Shown here in pieces: positions 1 to 12,100 of a stretch of 64,000 nt of DNA (its first letter is position 1; every line of letters begins with the position of its first letter). The stretch is taken from the NCBI RefSeq assembly GCF_046119375.1, contig NW_027362765.1, forward strand, positions 440,076,001 through 440,140,000, in the 5' to 3' direction. This stretch comes from Phyllobates terribilis (Eukaryota). Under the pieces are notes generated by a model. The model had not been told where the DNA came from. It made no database searches and saw nothing but the letters and a program-made list of their open reading frames with translations. The translations under genes were made by a program, and so were the position numbers.

Positions 1-1016
<1,016 letters not shown>

Positions 1017-1148
1017 NNNNNNNNNNNNNNNNNNNNNNNNNNNNNNNNNNNNNNNNNNNNNNNNNNNNNNNNNNNNNNNNNNNNNNNNNNNNNNNNNNNN
1101 NNNNNNNNNNNNNNNNNNNNNNNNNNNNNNNNNNNNNNNNNNNNNNNN
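1017..1148. other. Assembly gap (132 N)
   Basis: Run of N. Confidence 1.
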
Positions 1149-1770
1149 TTTGGACACACCTTCTCATTTAAAGATTTTTCTGTATTTTCATGACTATGAA
1201 AATTGTACATTCACACTGAAGGCATCAAAACTATGACTATAACACATAACACTTAACAAAAAAGTGTGAAACAACTGAAAATATGTCTTATATTCTAGGT
1301 TCTTCAAAGTAGCCACCTTTAGCTTTGATAACAGCTTTGCACACTCTTGGCATTCTCTTGATGAGCTTCAAGAGGTAGTCACCGGAAATGGTCTTCCAAC
1401 AATCTTGAAGGAGTTCCCAGAGATGCTTAGCACTTGTTGGCCCTTTTGCCTTCACTCTGCGGTCCAGCTCACCCCAAACCATCTCGATTGGGTTCAGGGC
1501 TGGTGACTGTGGAGGCCAGGTCATCTGGCGTAGCACCCCATCACTCTCCTTCTTGGTCAAAAAGCCCTTACACAGCCTGGAGGTGTGTTTGGGGTCATTG
1601 TCCTGTTGAAAAATAAATGATGGTGCAACTAAAAAGCAAACCAGATGGAATAGCATGCCGCTGCAAGACGCTGTGGTCGCCATGCTGGTTCAGTATGCCT
1701 TCAATTTTGAATAAATCCCCAACAGTGTCACCAGCAAAGCACCCCCCACACCATCACACCCCCTCCTCCT
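1149..1770 (-). mobile_element. Tc1 family A, 3' fragment with terminal repeat
   Basis: ORF 1288-1683 has FQQDNDPKH...SPALNPIEMVW...GGYFEEPRI. It matches the element at 56151-61270. Confidence 0.9.
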
Positions 1771-2300
1771 CAGTGTTGTCCTTTTCTTGGTGCTTCTTCA
1801 CAAGAGCTTGGACATCACATCTTGAAACCAGTCTTCTTTGGAATCTTTGCCCGGGATAGAACTTGCTGCTATAATATAACTACCTTGTGGCTTTTTGCTA
1901 TGCTCAGTCTTGTCTTATGACATGAAACTGACCTGAGCTGTCAAATGAAACTGTCTTTCATAACCTCACATTTCTAGCAGAGTTTGGTTGTTCTTCAACC
2001 ACTTTTAAGCCTCCTACATAGCTGTTTCCATTTCAGCTAATCATTATTTCAATCTACATATGAAAATAATGTTCACCTGTTTGGTATAACTGGTTATTCA
2101 TGCACCTGACTATGTTTCTACCAGTTGCCTGAACTGATGCTGGTTAGAAGGCATAGATGGTCACACCAAATATGGATTTGATTTAGATTTCTTCTTTTAT
2201 CATTCACTTTGCATTATAAAAATAAACTATTAACATTTTTGGTTTTGAAAGCATTCTTATTTTACAGCATTTTCTCCACATCTTCCTAAAACTTCTGATT
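1771..2300 (-). mobile_element. Degraded Tc1-like remnant
   Basis: Tc1-like subterminal sequence (ggtcacaccaaatat...cctaaaactt); no intact ORF. Confidence 0.35.
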
Positions 2301-3004
2301 CATATATTATGAGGCTAACAAAAATAGGATAATGTAAAAAGTGGATCTGTTGCATAACCGATGCAAACAAAAAGAGAGAAACCCCTTTGATTATTGTGGG
2401 ATCCGCTTTGGGTTAATTCTGCATCTTTTTTTAGAATGGAAGAAAAACTTCTGCAGGATGCACTTCTTCCACTTACAAAGGGAAAGTCATTATAGAAATG
2501 TGAATTTAGCCTTAATGTGATGTGTCAATAAAACAAGGTACAAATGTAACAAACTTACAACTTAAGATAATGCGATATATGTCATCAGAGCATTCATTCC
2601 GATATCCCTACCTTAACCATCAATTATTGGGTAGCTTGCAGTTTCTCTAGCTTTTACAAGATCTCTGCAGCCATTGAATAAGAAAATTGTTGAGGCTGAT
2701 ACCAAATGAAGGCCTCTATTCCATTTATTCTGCCATCTGTTTTTTTTCCCCTCTGTGTACCACAAAAATGCTGAAGTAAAAGAATTTGGGGAATGATTCC
2801 ATAGTTTTTTTTAATGAGATTCATCTTGCGTAACAGTTGTTGCAATGGACCCTTCGAGGAGGTAGATCCAAAATGTTCTCTCGTATACACAAGAACGCTC
2901 GGCTCAGACAAGCGCTCCTGTTTTCTCGTTGAGAGAGCCTCTGCCAGGCTCTTCTGGCAGAGGTTTATCTCAAAGCCGAACAAGAAGATTGGCCATTGGC
3001 CACC

Positions 3005-3473
3005 TCATGGGGTATCCTTGATCATGAGGAAGATGAGAGATCAGCCTAAAACTACACGGGGGGAACTTGTTAATGATCTCAAGGCAGCTGGGACCACAGT
3101 CACCAAGAAAACCATTGGTAACACATTATGCCTTAAAGGTTTAAAATCCTGCAGTGACTGTAAGGTCCCCCTGCTCAAGAAGGCACAAGTGCAGGTCCGT
3201 CTGAAGTTTGCCAATGAACACCTGGATGATTCTGTGAGTTATTGGGAGAAGGTGCTGTGGTCAGATGAGACAAAAATTGAGCTCTTTGGCATTAACTCAA
3301 CTCGCCGTGTTTGGAGGAAGAGAAATGCTGCCTATGACCCAAAGAACACCATCCCCACTGTCAAGCATGGAGGTGGAAACATTATACCTTTTAAATTATA
3401 GACTCGTCATGTCTTTGTCAGTGGGCAAACTTACAAAAACAGCAAGGGAACAAATAATTATTTCCTTCACTGT
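3005..3473 (+). mobile_element. Internally deleted Tc1 element (transposase fragment joined to right TIR)
   Basis: PKTTRGELVNDLKAAGTTVTKKTIGN...[16 protein letters not shown]...[10 protein letters not shown], then an abrupt join to a terminal repeat ending ...ttccttcactgTA. Confidence 0.85.
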
Positions 3474-3905
3474 ATATGGAGCACTATGTGGTACCTATTA
3501 TACTGTATGGAGCACTATGAAGGGTCATTATACTGTATGGAGCATGAGGCCATTATTCTGTATGGAGGACTATGTGAGGCCCATTATACTGTATGGAACA
3601 CTATGTGGGGCCATGATACTGTATGGAACACTATGTGGGGCCCATTATACTGTATGGAACACTATGTGGGGCCCATTTTACTGTATGGAGCACTATGTGG
3701 GGCCATTATACTGTATGGAGAACTATTTGGGGCCATTATTCTGTATGGAGGACTATGTGGGGCCCAGTATACTGTATGGAGCACTATGTGGGGCCATTAT
3801 ACTGTATGGAGGACTATGTGGGGCCATTATACTGTATGGAGGACTTTTTATGGCCATTATACTGTGTGGAGGGCTGTGTGGGGATTACAGTTGGAGAATC
3901 ATACT
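3470..3905. repeat. 30-bp minisatellite, about 14 units, consensus near TATACTGTATGGAGCACTATGTGGGGCCAT
   Basis: Tandem units are directly visible. The 30-bp period explains the open repetitive ORFs in all three + frames. Confidence 0.9.
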
Positions 3906-5789
3906 GTGATGGGGTCACCATTCTTTGTCAGGGGGATTGAGGGAGGGGGGTACAGTAGGGTGATTATACCGAGCGTGTGGAGGGTACTGTGGAGAAATTC
4001 ACTGTGGGGGTATCTTACTGTGTTTGGGGGCACTTTTGTTGGCATCATACTTTATTATCTGTATTATTCAAGTTTTTTTAACCTTTATTACTACCTGTTT
4101 AAATTAGGCCATTGGGCCATATGCTTTTTACTACTCTTACATAAAATATTATGTTATTCCAATATTTTATTCTAAGAACGATTAATTAAAATGTACTTTG
4201 TTTGTGGGACAACCCCTTTAAGTTTGTTTTCATGTGAAAAAGTTCATTGTTATATTTGATGATAAGACATTTTTTAAACAAATATCAGGGTTGGCCAGAA
4301 ACTTTTTCCACGCTTTTAATTTTGGCCCTTTGTGTATTTGAGTTTGACATCCCTGGTCTAAAGTGAGTGATGGGAGAATCTGGAAAGACAGCTGTCAATC
4401 AAACACTTGTCAACCTTCATCTTTTTTTATACAGCCTTAATCTATCTAAAAAGTGTGGGAACACTGTATATAGTTTTTGATTTATCATGTTTACTTTGCC
4501 CCATATAAAGCCTACAAGAAATTGAGTGTCCTCTACATTCTTCTCCACAAAATTGTAAGTATAAAAATGTGAATTTAAAGGGAGACTGTCACTCCCAAAA
4601 TGCATTTTTAACCAGCTGTACAGTGATATAGGGATTTTAGTCCCTCAAAATTGATATTAGCACTATACAGTTTAGTGGTACAGCGCCTGAGAAAATATTT
4701 GACAAATGCAAATATACCCTTAGCATAACCAAAGGCCCAGTGCACCAATACATCCCTCAATTTGTATTTTAGTGTGTTCCCTTGCTTCTGATTGACATCG
4801 CTTGCTTGCCAGAGCGGGTGCTGCTTGACCTCATCCCACATGTCTGTGTGTGCACTGACACTGCCAGAGCGCAGCCACATACTTGCATCGGTGCCGGCGG
4901 GCACAGTGTGGACAAACACTTTCTCCTCCTTGACTCCTGTCTGCAGCCATTTCTAGCTACACTGATATAACCGGAAGTTAAGCTTCAGAAAGGAGGAGAG
5001 GCCGGATCTAGGTCAGTACAATTATGGCGACACCAAACTTATCTAGTAGTTATTTTTATTTAAGTGGTGAAAAACAATTTGGATATATGTAGAAAAATGT
5101 TTTTCTCTTGTGTCACCATTTTTCAAGACCTGTAACGTATTAATTTCTATGTCTATGGAGCTGATTGAAGGCCTGTTTATTACATGGCGAGCTGATGCTT
5201 TCATTGATTCCATTTTGGTGTTAGTTGCCTATAAAAAAATAATACAAATATAATATAATTCTGGCAGAAAAACACAGCAATAAATTAATTTTCAAGTAAC
5301 ACTTCAAAATATAGTTATATACTTGCTAAATAACAAATATTATCCCCATAATATTGCTGAACAAAGTCCACTATAGCAAGACCAATATTACATATAATAC
5401 CACATACAAGAAACAAATACCACCACACCATGACCATATACTACCCCCAAATTGTGACCAAATAATACCACCACGCTGATAAAAATCACTGTCGTAACAC
5501 TAATATTTACCCCCATACAATGACGGTGTAATGGAAGGTATCAGCAAATTCAGTAGGAGTAACTCCAGATACTCCCCAGTGACGTCTTCAATTAAAGTAA
5601 TTAATTTTCTCTTTTCTTCACTCGACAAAGACCAATCTGACTTCTTCCTGCCAGGACTCATCTCTGAAAAATGTAACACACAGATATCTATGACTGATCA
5701 TTTCTAGATCACACTTTCCACAATTCTACAGTAACAGTACCTCCATTTTTGTCCTGCAATAACAGTATTGCCAAAAATAAAATCCAATA

Positions 5790-6270
5790 CAGTGAGTATA
5801 GTGATGCTCCCCTGAGTGTCCTCCATACAGTAGTATTGTTCACCTATTAAGCTCACATATATCTGTAACAACCCTCTTTGTAGTCCCCAATATTGTAGTA
5901 ATATTCCCATTTGTGGCCCTCATACATTACTAGTCTCCCCTTATGTGGACCCTAACACAATTATAATGTCAGCCTATGTGGCACCCATACAGTAATGATA
6001 TCTTCCTCTGTGGTCCCCAAACATTAATAATGTCCATGTAGGTGTCCACCTCATAGTAGTAATGTCCGCGTTATGGCTTCTTTATAGTAATAATGTATTT
6101 TTATGTGGCCGCAATATAATAACATTGTCTTCTAGGTGGCCACCATGTAGTATTAATGTCCCCTTATCTGGCCCCCATATAGAAATATTACCCTCTATGC
6201 GTCCCCCTTACATTATTAAAGTCCCCACTAAGTGAGTCACTAGTAATAATATATGGCTGTGTGGCCTCCA
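5790..6270. repeat. Degenerate minisatellite related to 3470-3905, opposite orientation
   Basis: Recurring ccatacag / gtggcccccata / tatgtgg motifs at roughly 30-bp spacing. Confidence 0.4.
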
Positions 6271-6864
6271 TACTTTAAAACCCCTTCACGACCGATGACA
6301 TATATTTACGTCATTAGCCGTGTCCCACACGCTGAGCTCTTATTTTTCGCCGCACTTGATGGCTGATTTAACAACCACGGGTAGATCCAAGACAATAATG
6401 ATGTGACAAGTAGGCTACCAGTCTGTAGTGATACCAGCATGCAGTGATACATAGCAAGGAAGTGTCACAAACACGTATTTCAATGGTCAAGAAAGTCTTT
6501 ACTTGTTTTTACCCACGAGGAGGCGTAACTACTGTATTACTAAAGCTTATCGTGAGGCAAGAAGCTTTATAGTTGCAAATACCAGTAAGGCACGATCTTT
6601 AAGACAGTCAGTCTTATAGATTGTAAGCTTGCAAGCTGGGCCCTCACTCCTAACTGTTGAACTATGTGTTACTTTGTATTGTTCTTATTGTCTGTACATG
6701 TCCGAGATTAATTGTAAAGTGCTGCCGAATATATAAATAAAATTATTATTATCTGTCAACTGAACAGTTCAACATTGCATGGCAATATAATCGACGGTAA
6801 GCCTTAGTCATATAATGGGGGAAAGGTTTATCCACCTGCAGCATGTAAGTCTGCCCCTCCAATT

Positions 6865-7240
6865 GTTTGTAAGTCACAAATCTGCAGCGATGCTAGTCAC
6901 TACTCACGGACAAACCGTTAGGGTGTGCAGTCAAGACGTCCGAGGTCAGAGACGAAGAGGGCTCATTATAAACAAAGGGGTAAAGCAAAGGCGTAGTCAA
7001 GTCACAGTCCAAGGTCAGAATGCTGGGAAGATAGCTGATCAAGACAAAAGGGCAAGGCAAACGGATGGTCAAAGGCAAGGTCCGAGTTTGGGAAACAAAG
7101 ATCAAATACAGGAACACAGAGTACAAAGCAAGTGCACACCACTTGAGCTAAGTAACAAATGGCACTAATTGGAGCTAAATAGCCAGTTCATCATTTGAAT
7201 AAGAGACACATGGAGAAAGACCTGGCACTCCCCAGTCCTG
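6865..7240 (-). mobile_element. Probable old solo Gypsy-type LTR remnant
   Basis: Purine-rich repetitive LTR-like composition. The motif gtcactactcac matches, in reverse, the gtgagtagtga near the end of the 27719-28179 repeat. No TSD recognised. Confidence 0.35.
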
Positions 7241-8139
7241 ATTGGACAGCTGGACTGTCACTCAACACCCTGACAACTCAGCACGCCCAGCCTCCGATTG
7301 GATGGCTGAGCTGTCCATTACCATACTGATAGCTCAGCATGCCCCTGTCCTAAATTGCATGGTTGAACTATCACTGATTGCTTCCAGACTAACTGATAGG
7401 CGGAATAGTGACACCTGCATTCACTTAGTGGGTATTTCCTGGTACCTCCTGTAGCAGTAGCAATACAGTTGTCACTCCTCAGAACACTCTTTATCATCAG
7501 CAACTTGTGACCTGTCATGCTTTTACTGTAACTTGCATTTCCTTCTCTAGGATGTCGGTCCTGACTTATGACTTAGCATTGCAACTTAGTAACTTTTTTG
7601 CAATTCTGGAGTTTCCTGTGTTGCCATAAGGCAAACCCCCACTTTATGCGCTTCTCACTGTATCTTTCTCTCACTGTTGCATGGCATACTTGCAAGGCTC
7701 TGTCTGCCTTTCTGGGGCCTCAGCTAAACAGCTAAACAGCTTCTCCAGTCACTCCATGTGGTCTCAGCCACACTATCTTTGTTTCCTCCTGCAAATTCTT
7801 ATAACTTATAACTTGGACACTTGGGGTCAAAAGTAGAGATTGGCAAATTTTTGAAATTCGAGTCTAGCACCCTGAGGTTTCCTAGTAAGAAACCATAGCT
7901 TTTTGACAAAATTATAGCTTTTTATCAAGTTGTTCAAAAATTATCTCTTTTTTTGAGTCAGTAATAGATTTGCTGTTTGGAAAATGAAAAAGCAATAGCT
8001 TTGTACCAAGCCATGAACAAATTATCCCATCAGTACAGGAGGGGATGTCGAGTTGAGTGGGGAGTATCGGCACTGGTGGCAGCAGAATAGTGTATGGAAA
8101 GGAAAGCAGATGCTACAGCCAATCTAATCATTCATTTTA

Positions 8140-9729
8140 TCAGCTGTATGTGCACTGATGCATGCCTGATTCATTTTGAAAAATGTAAGGTTTTTCACAC
8201 TAGTGGAGGACAATATGGTCCACTTGGGCGTGACATACTGAATACACTCTGACAGTACACTGGAGCCTGGATAAGAGCGTACACCCAAGGCAATCTGGGT
8301 CAGTTATTGCCACTGGTCCAATCTGCTAACTCAAAACTTCATGAAATTGAGGTTGGATAAAGGACACAATACAAGCATTGACTGAACCTGTCTGCTTAGG
8401 CAGTGCGTCTCTGTTTGCTAAAGTGCATCAGGTTGGCGCAGCAGCAGATAAAACATTTGGTCCATCATGTCATATATACTGTAATCGCTGCTGCCTTGGC
8501 TACTTGTTGTAGCCCTAATGTTGGCACAGATAGCGAAGCATTGGCTCTGAAAGGAACGGGCTCTACTGATCAGATGTCCAGCCATCAGGCATCGCCTCAG
8601 CAAAGCTTTGTTGAGAAGGGAATACAACTTATTCTGGTAATGCACCAATTTTGACTCTCTTTTGAAGCTGGAAAAAGATTGCAGATTTTGTTTTTATAAT
8701 GTGAGTCTAAAACATGGCTATCCAATAGTCATACCTTTGTTTGACGTTAACAATACAACTGTTATCCCACAATTAATTTAGCATACAGCATGCCTTGCTC
8801 ACACTTCACACTCACTGTCGGCCTCATTTCCTGCCTGTGCCCAGGATAACTCAATGTCTCCCTTTACATCCACCTACTGCTGCTACTTATCCTCCTACCA
8901 TCAATCTTCTTCCTGCTGCATGTAATATTGACCTTGAGGGCCTCCAACAGCCCAGTGTGGCGATGAGCAAAAACACTGAGGTAGGGGAGTTGATGCAATG
9001 GTTGCTATGTTGCTGCTGGGCATGGGATCATGTCTATTGAGAAGGATGCAACGGATGTGTATGAGTTGGAAGATAACCACAGTTTGTCAGTAGAACCAGA
9101 CCTAGCACCTAATGGTGGAGGCTTCACCACCTGTCTTGAGTACTGTGATGTATCGCTGATGTTCAAAACATTTACCCAATGAGTTGTGAAAGACATGCAC
9201 TGTTCATGGTCAAAGTTGCTACTCCATGTTTCTACAGTGCAGGGCACTTTCAAGCCTAATGCCAAGTCAAGAAAGCAGCCTATGTGCTCCTGCACATGAG
9301 AGCACAGAGCAGGCACCCCTTTCTGCAAGAAATAATGGCAGAGGGGTATCTTCCAGTGAGACTAAGTGCATGCCATGGTTTCTTGAAATGTAGCGGAATC
9401 CACTAAGTGGCAAGACTATGACTGCAACTTGACAAGGTGGGAATTGGGTTAGCTCTCAAGAAGATGACTGGGAGCGCATACCTGTTTCCTAGATACACAA
9501 TCAGGGATGGATATCTGGTGGTACGATGGAGAAGGAGGAAGATTTGGAATATAACAAGCAGTAGTCTGGATGACGATGATGGCACCAACGAGGTACTATT
9601 TTAGGATGCAATCTTTTTTACAAGAAAGATAGGCTAAGATGAAAGCTTGAGCAATGCTTATATTGCTGGCCAGCTTGGCTTTTCCAGTTGAACAGGTGAT
9701 GTTACTTGATGTGCTGATAGAGAGGCATC
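8140..9729 (-). pseudogene. hAT transposase remnants
   Basis: Broken frames give LVDSATFQETMAC..HWKIPLCHYF, ETWSSNFDHEQCMSFTTHWVN and a C-terminal dimerisation-like end ...LTFFKMNQACIS. Many stops and frameshifts. Confidence 0.75.
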
Positions 9730-10152
9730 TGTTATGATCTGCTACAAGCACTAAGGAAAGAAAGGAGATCTGTCCCTACAATAGAACTAAGCTAGATCCC
9801 TACGATGTAACGGGGAACTTGATCCTGCGATCAGACCCACTAAAGTCCTCGGCTAGTCTGTACGAAGACCTATAGATGCAAGGGAGGGATCTCTACAAGA
9901 ACTAGGGACTGGGATAAAGTTGGACACCTCCTAGCAGAAATTGTAGCAGTAAACGACAAACACACAACAAAGAACAGAAAGATCTGAAGACCTAGCTAAA
10001 CTGACTGAGAAAGGTAACTAAGCACCAGGCTAGCTAAAGAGTAGAAATTACAAAGAAGTCCAGCAAGGCCAGGAGGGCGGAGCAGGACTAAATAGGCAAA
10101 AAAGGTCATGTGACCAGCAAGATAGAAAAAAACTAACAGGAGAGTTCTAACA
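9730..10152 (-). repeat. 3' LTR of element A
   Basis: About 11 substitutions versus 19239-19661 by eye (about 2.6%). Confidence 0.95.
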
Positions 10153-10164
10153 GTACCCCCTCTT

Positions 10165-10876
10165 CTATGAGGATCCTCCGGATCCCCTAGGCCCAGGCTT
10201 ATCAGGAAACCTCTTGTGAAACGCTCTGACAAGTCTGGAAGCAGAAACATCATCCGCCCTCACCCATTCGTTATCCTCGGGTCCGAAACCCTTCCAAGCG
10301 ATGAGATACTGCAAACTCCCTCTATACCGTCTAGAATTTAGGATGCGAGAAATTTCGTATTCCCCGTCCTCCACCACCGGAGGAACAGTGGCAGAGGTGT
10401 CTCCATCCGACACATAAGCTCTTTTCAACAGAGAAACATGAAACATCGGATTAATCTTCCAGGAGGTAGGAACCTCCAACCTAACAGCAGATTGGTTAAC
10501 TACCTGAAGCACCTTAAAGGGCCCTACAAACTTGGGACCCAATTTTTTAGAAGGAATCCTCAACCGCAGATTCTTAGAGGACAACCAAACCATGTCACCA
10601 ATAGCAAACAAAACCTCTTGCCGTTTCCTATCAAAGTACCTCTTAGATTTTTTGTTAGCCTCCTGAAGATTACCACGCACATCCGTCCAAACTCTCTCCA
10701 AATCACCGGAAAAACTCTCCTCCTCAGGCACAGCCGATACCAATTTGGAGAATGACCCAAAAGACGGATGTCTCCCAGAACAACAAAAAAAAGGTGAACA
10801 ACCAGCAGAAGAGGATGTATGGTTGTTAAGAGCAAACTCAGCAAGTGGCAGAAACTCAGACCACCCCTCCTGATTG
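10165..10876 (-). pseudogene. pol: Element A pol 3' end: integrase C-terminus, GPY/F region and chromodomain
   Basis: QEGWSEFLPLAEFALNN...KLGPKFVGPF...YEISRILNSRRYRGSLQYLIAWKGFGPEDNEWV. It resumes the frame broken by X1. Confidence 0.92.
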
Positions 10877-12100
10877 TGTAGCACCCTGAGGATTCGGCTG
10901 CTACAGGGGTACTGCACCTCAACCAGAGGTGTGGTATTCCACTCCCGGGTAAGGATGGAGTGTGGATCTGAGCTCAGTAAGCTGCATGCACTACACACAT
11001 CCCATTTCCGAGGAACAGACCAACAGTACTCCCACTTAGAAATGTGCAGGTACGACCGAGTCTGTTCCTGGCTGGAGTGGGAGGGGGGTGGTACATCCCA
11101 GTAGTGTAGGGGCAGATAGGGGGAGCAGCCTGGGTAAAGATAGGAGCTCATTGGGTGCTGGTCACCTGAGCTCACACATAGAGGGAGTATTTAAGGTGGG
11201 CACCATCTAAGATCAGGGTCAGTCTGTGAGAGGTCAGTCAGTCAGGGTCAGTCTGTCAGTCTTTTGCAGAGCAGTGGAAGAAAGCAGAGGAGCAGAGCAG
11301 CCCCAGGCCCAGAGTGAGAGTGGAGCAAGAAAGACCCAGAGAGGGAGACAGAAGGAACTCTGAGAACCCACATACAAACACAGGGTGAAGAGTTGGCAAC
11401 AGGGTACCGGATCCCAAACTGGTGGGGGCTAAAGCATACCTCAGCCAGAGACCGGAGGCCGTGGGCAGGATCTGCCACGGCCACCCACCACATCCACCCT
11501 GAAGGCAAACCACGTGTAGGGTCAGGGAACCCAAGGCCAAGGGTCTCCCAACAGAAGGCCCGAGGGAGCTGGACCTAGGTGGATCCCTGGTGGGGACGGC
11601 CAGAAGAAAGGACAAGAAGGAGGGCTCAGGGACACGCTCCGGACTTGCTTGGGGGTTGGCTGAATCCAGGACCTGGTGGACGCAGCACGGCTCGGGTGGT
11701 CACTCAAGGCCGGAGTGACCGGAATATCTGCAGTAAGTAAACACCCTGAACTGCACAACCCGACTCTGTCTTTAATTATCATCTACGCTGCACCACCACA
11801 ACCCCCATCCTCTGCACCTGACCCCCTGAGGCCATACCCCTCCCGTTGGGGGTTATACTATCTAAAGCTGCACCAACACCATCAGCCTCAGCGGACCCTG
11901 CTGCAGCGGCGGCCGTAGTGACCGCAAATCAGCGGGTGGCGTAGTCGACACAAAAGAACATCTAGTAACATCATAAGGACTGCCACACACTGAGCTTGAC
12001 ACCCTGGGCACGGACCGGGTCACAGCCACTCGGAGACTACAACCCCCATCTGATCCGGCTCCGGGTATTCCCTAAAGAATATGGCCCAGGGGGCGCGTCA
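10877..12100 (+). repeat. 5' LTR of X1 (1224 bp)
   Basis: TATA-like TATTTAA at about 11188; AGTAAA poly(A)-like signal at about 11737; near-identical to 14605-15829. Confidence 0.95.

Noticed and set aside
2654-2983. Minus-strand ORF faintly like a LINE ORF2 C-terminus
   Set aside because: No intact diagnostic motif; cannot be supported without a search.
3265-4175. Three overlapping repetitive ORFs (GAIILYG, YTVWSTMWG, MEHYVGP)
   Set aside because: They are the three frames of a 30-bp minisatellite lacking stops; no evidence of coding.
10165-11175. 336-aa ORF as a real gene
   Set aside because: Its first about 100 aa are the antisense strand of the X1 LTR, fused by insertion to the A integrase tail.
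11248-11918. Short ORFs repeated in pairs (also about 15-15.6, 22, 24.6, 36-37, 42, 46-47, 53-54, 58 and 60 kb)
   Set aside because: They lie in GC-rich LTRs, are duplicated only because the LTRs are, and are not conserved between subfamilies.
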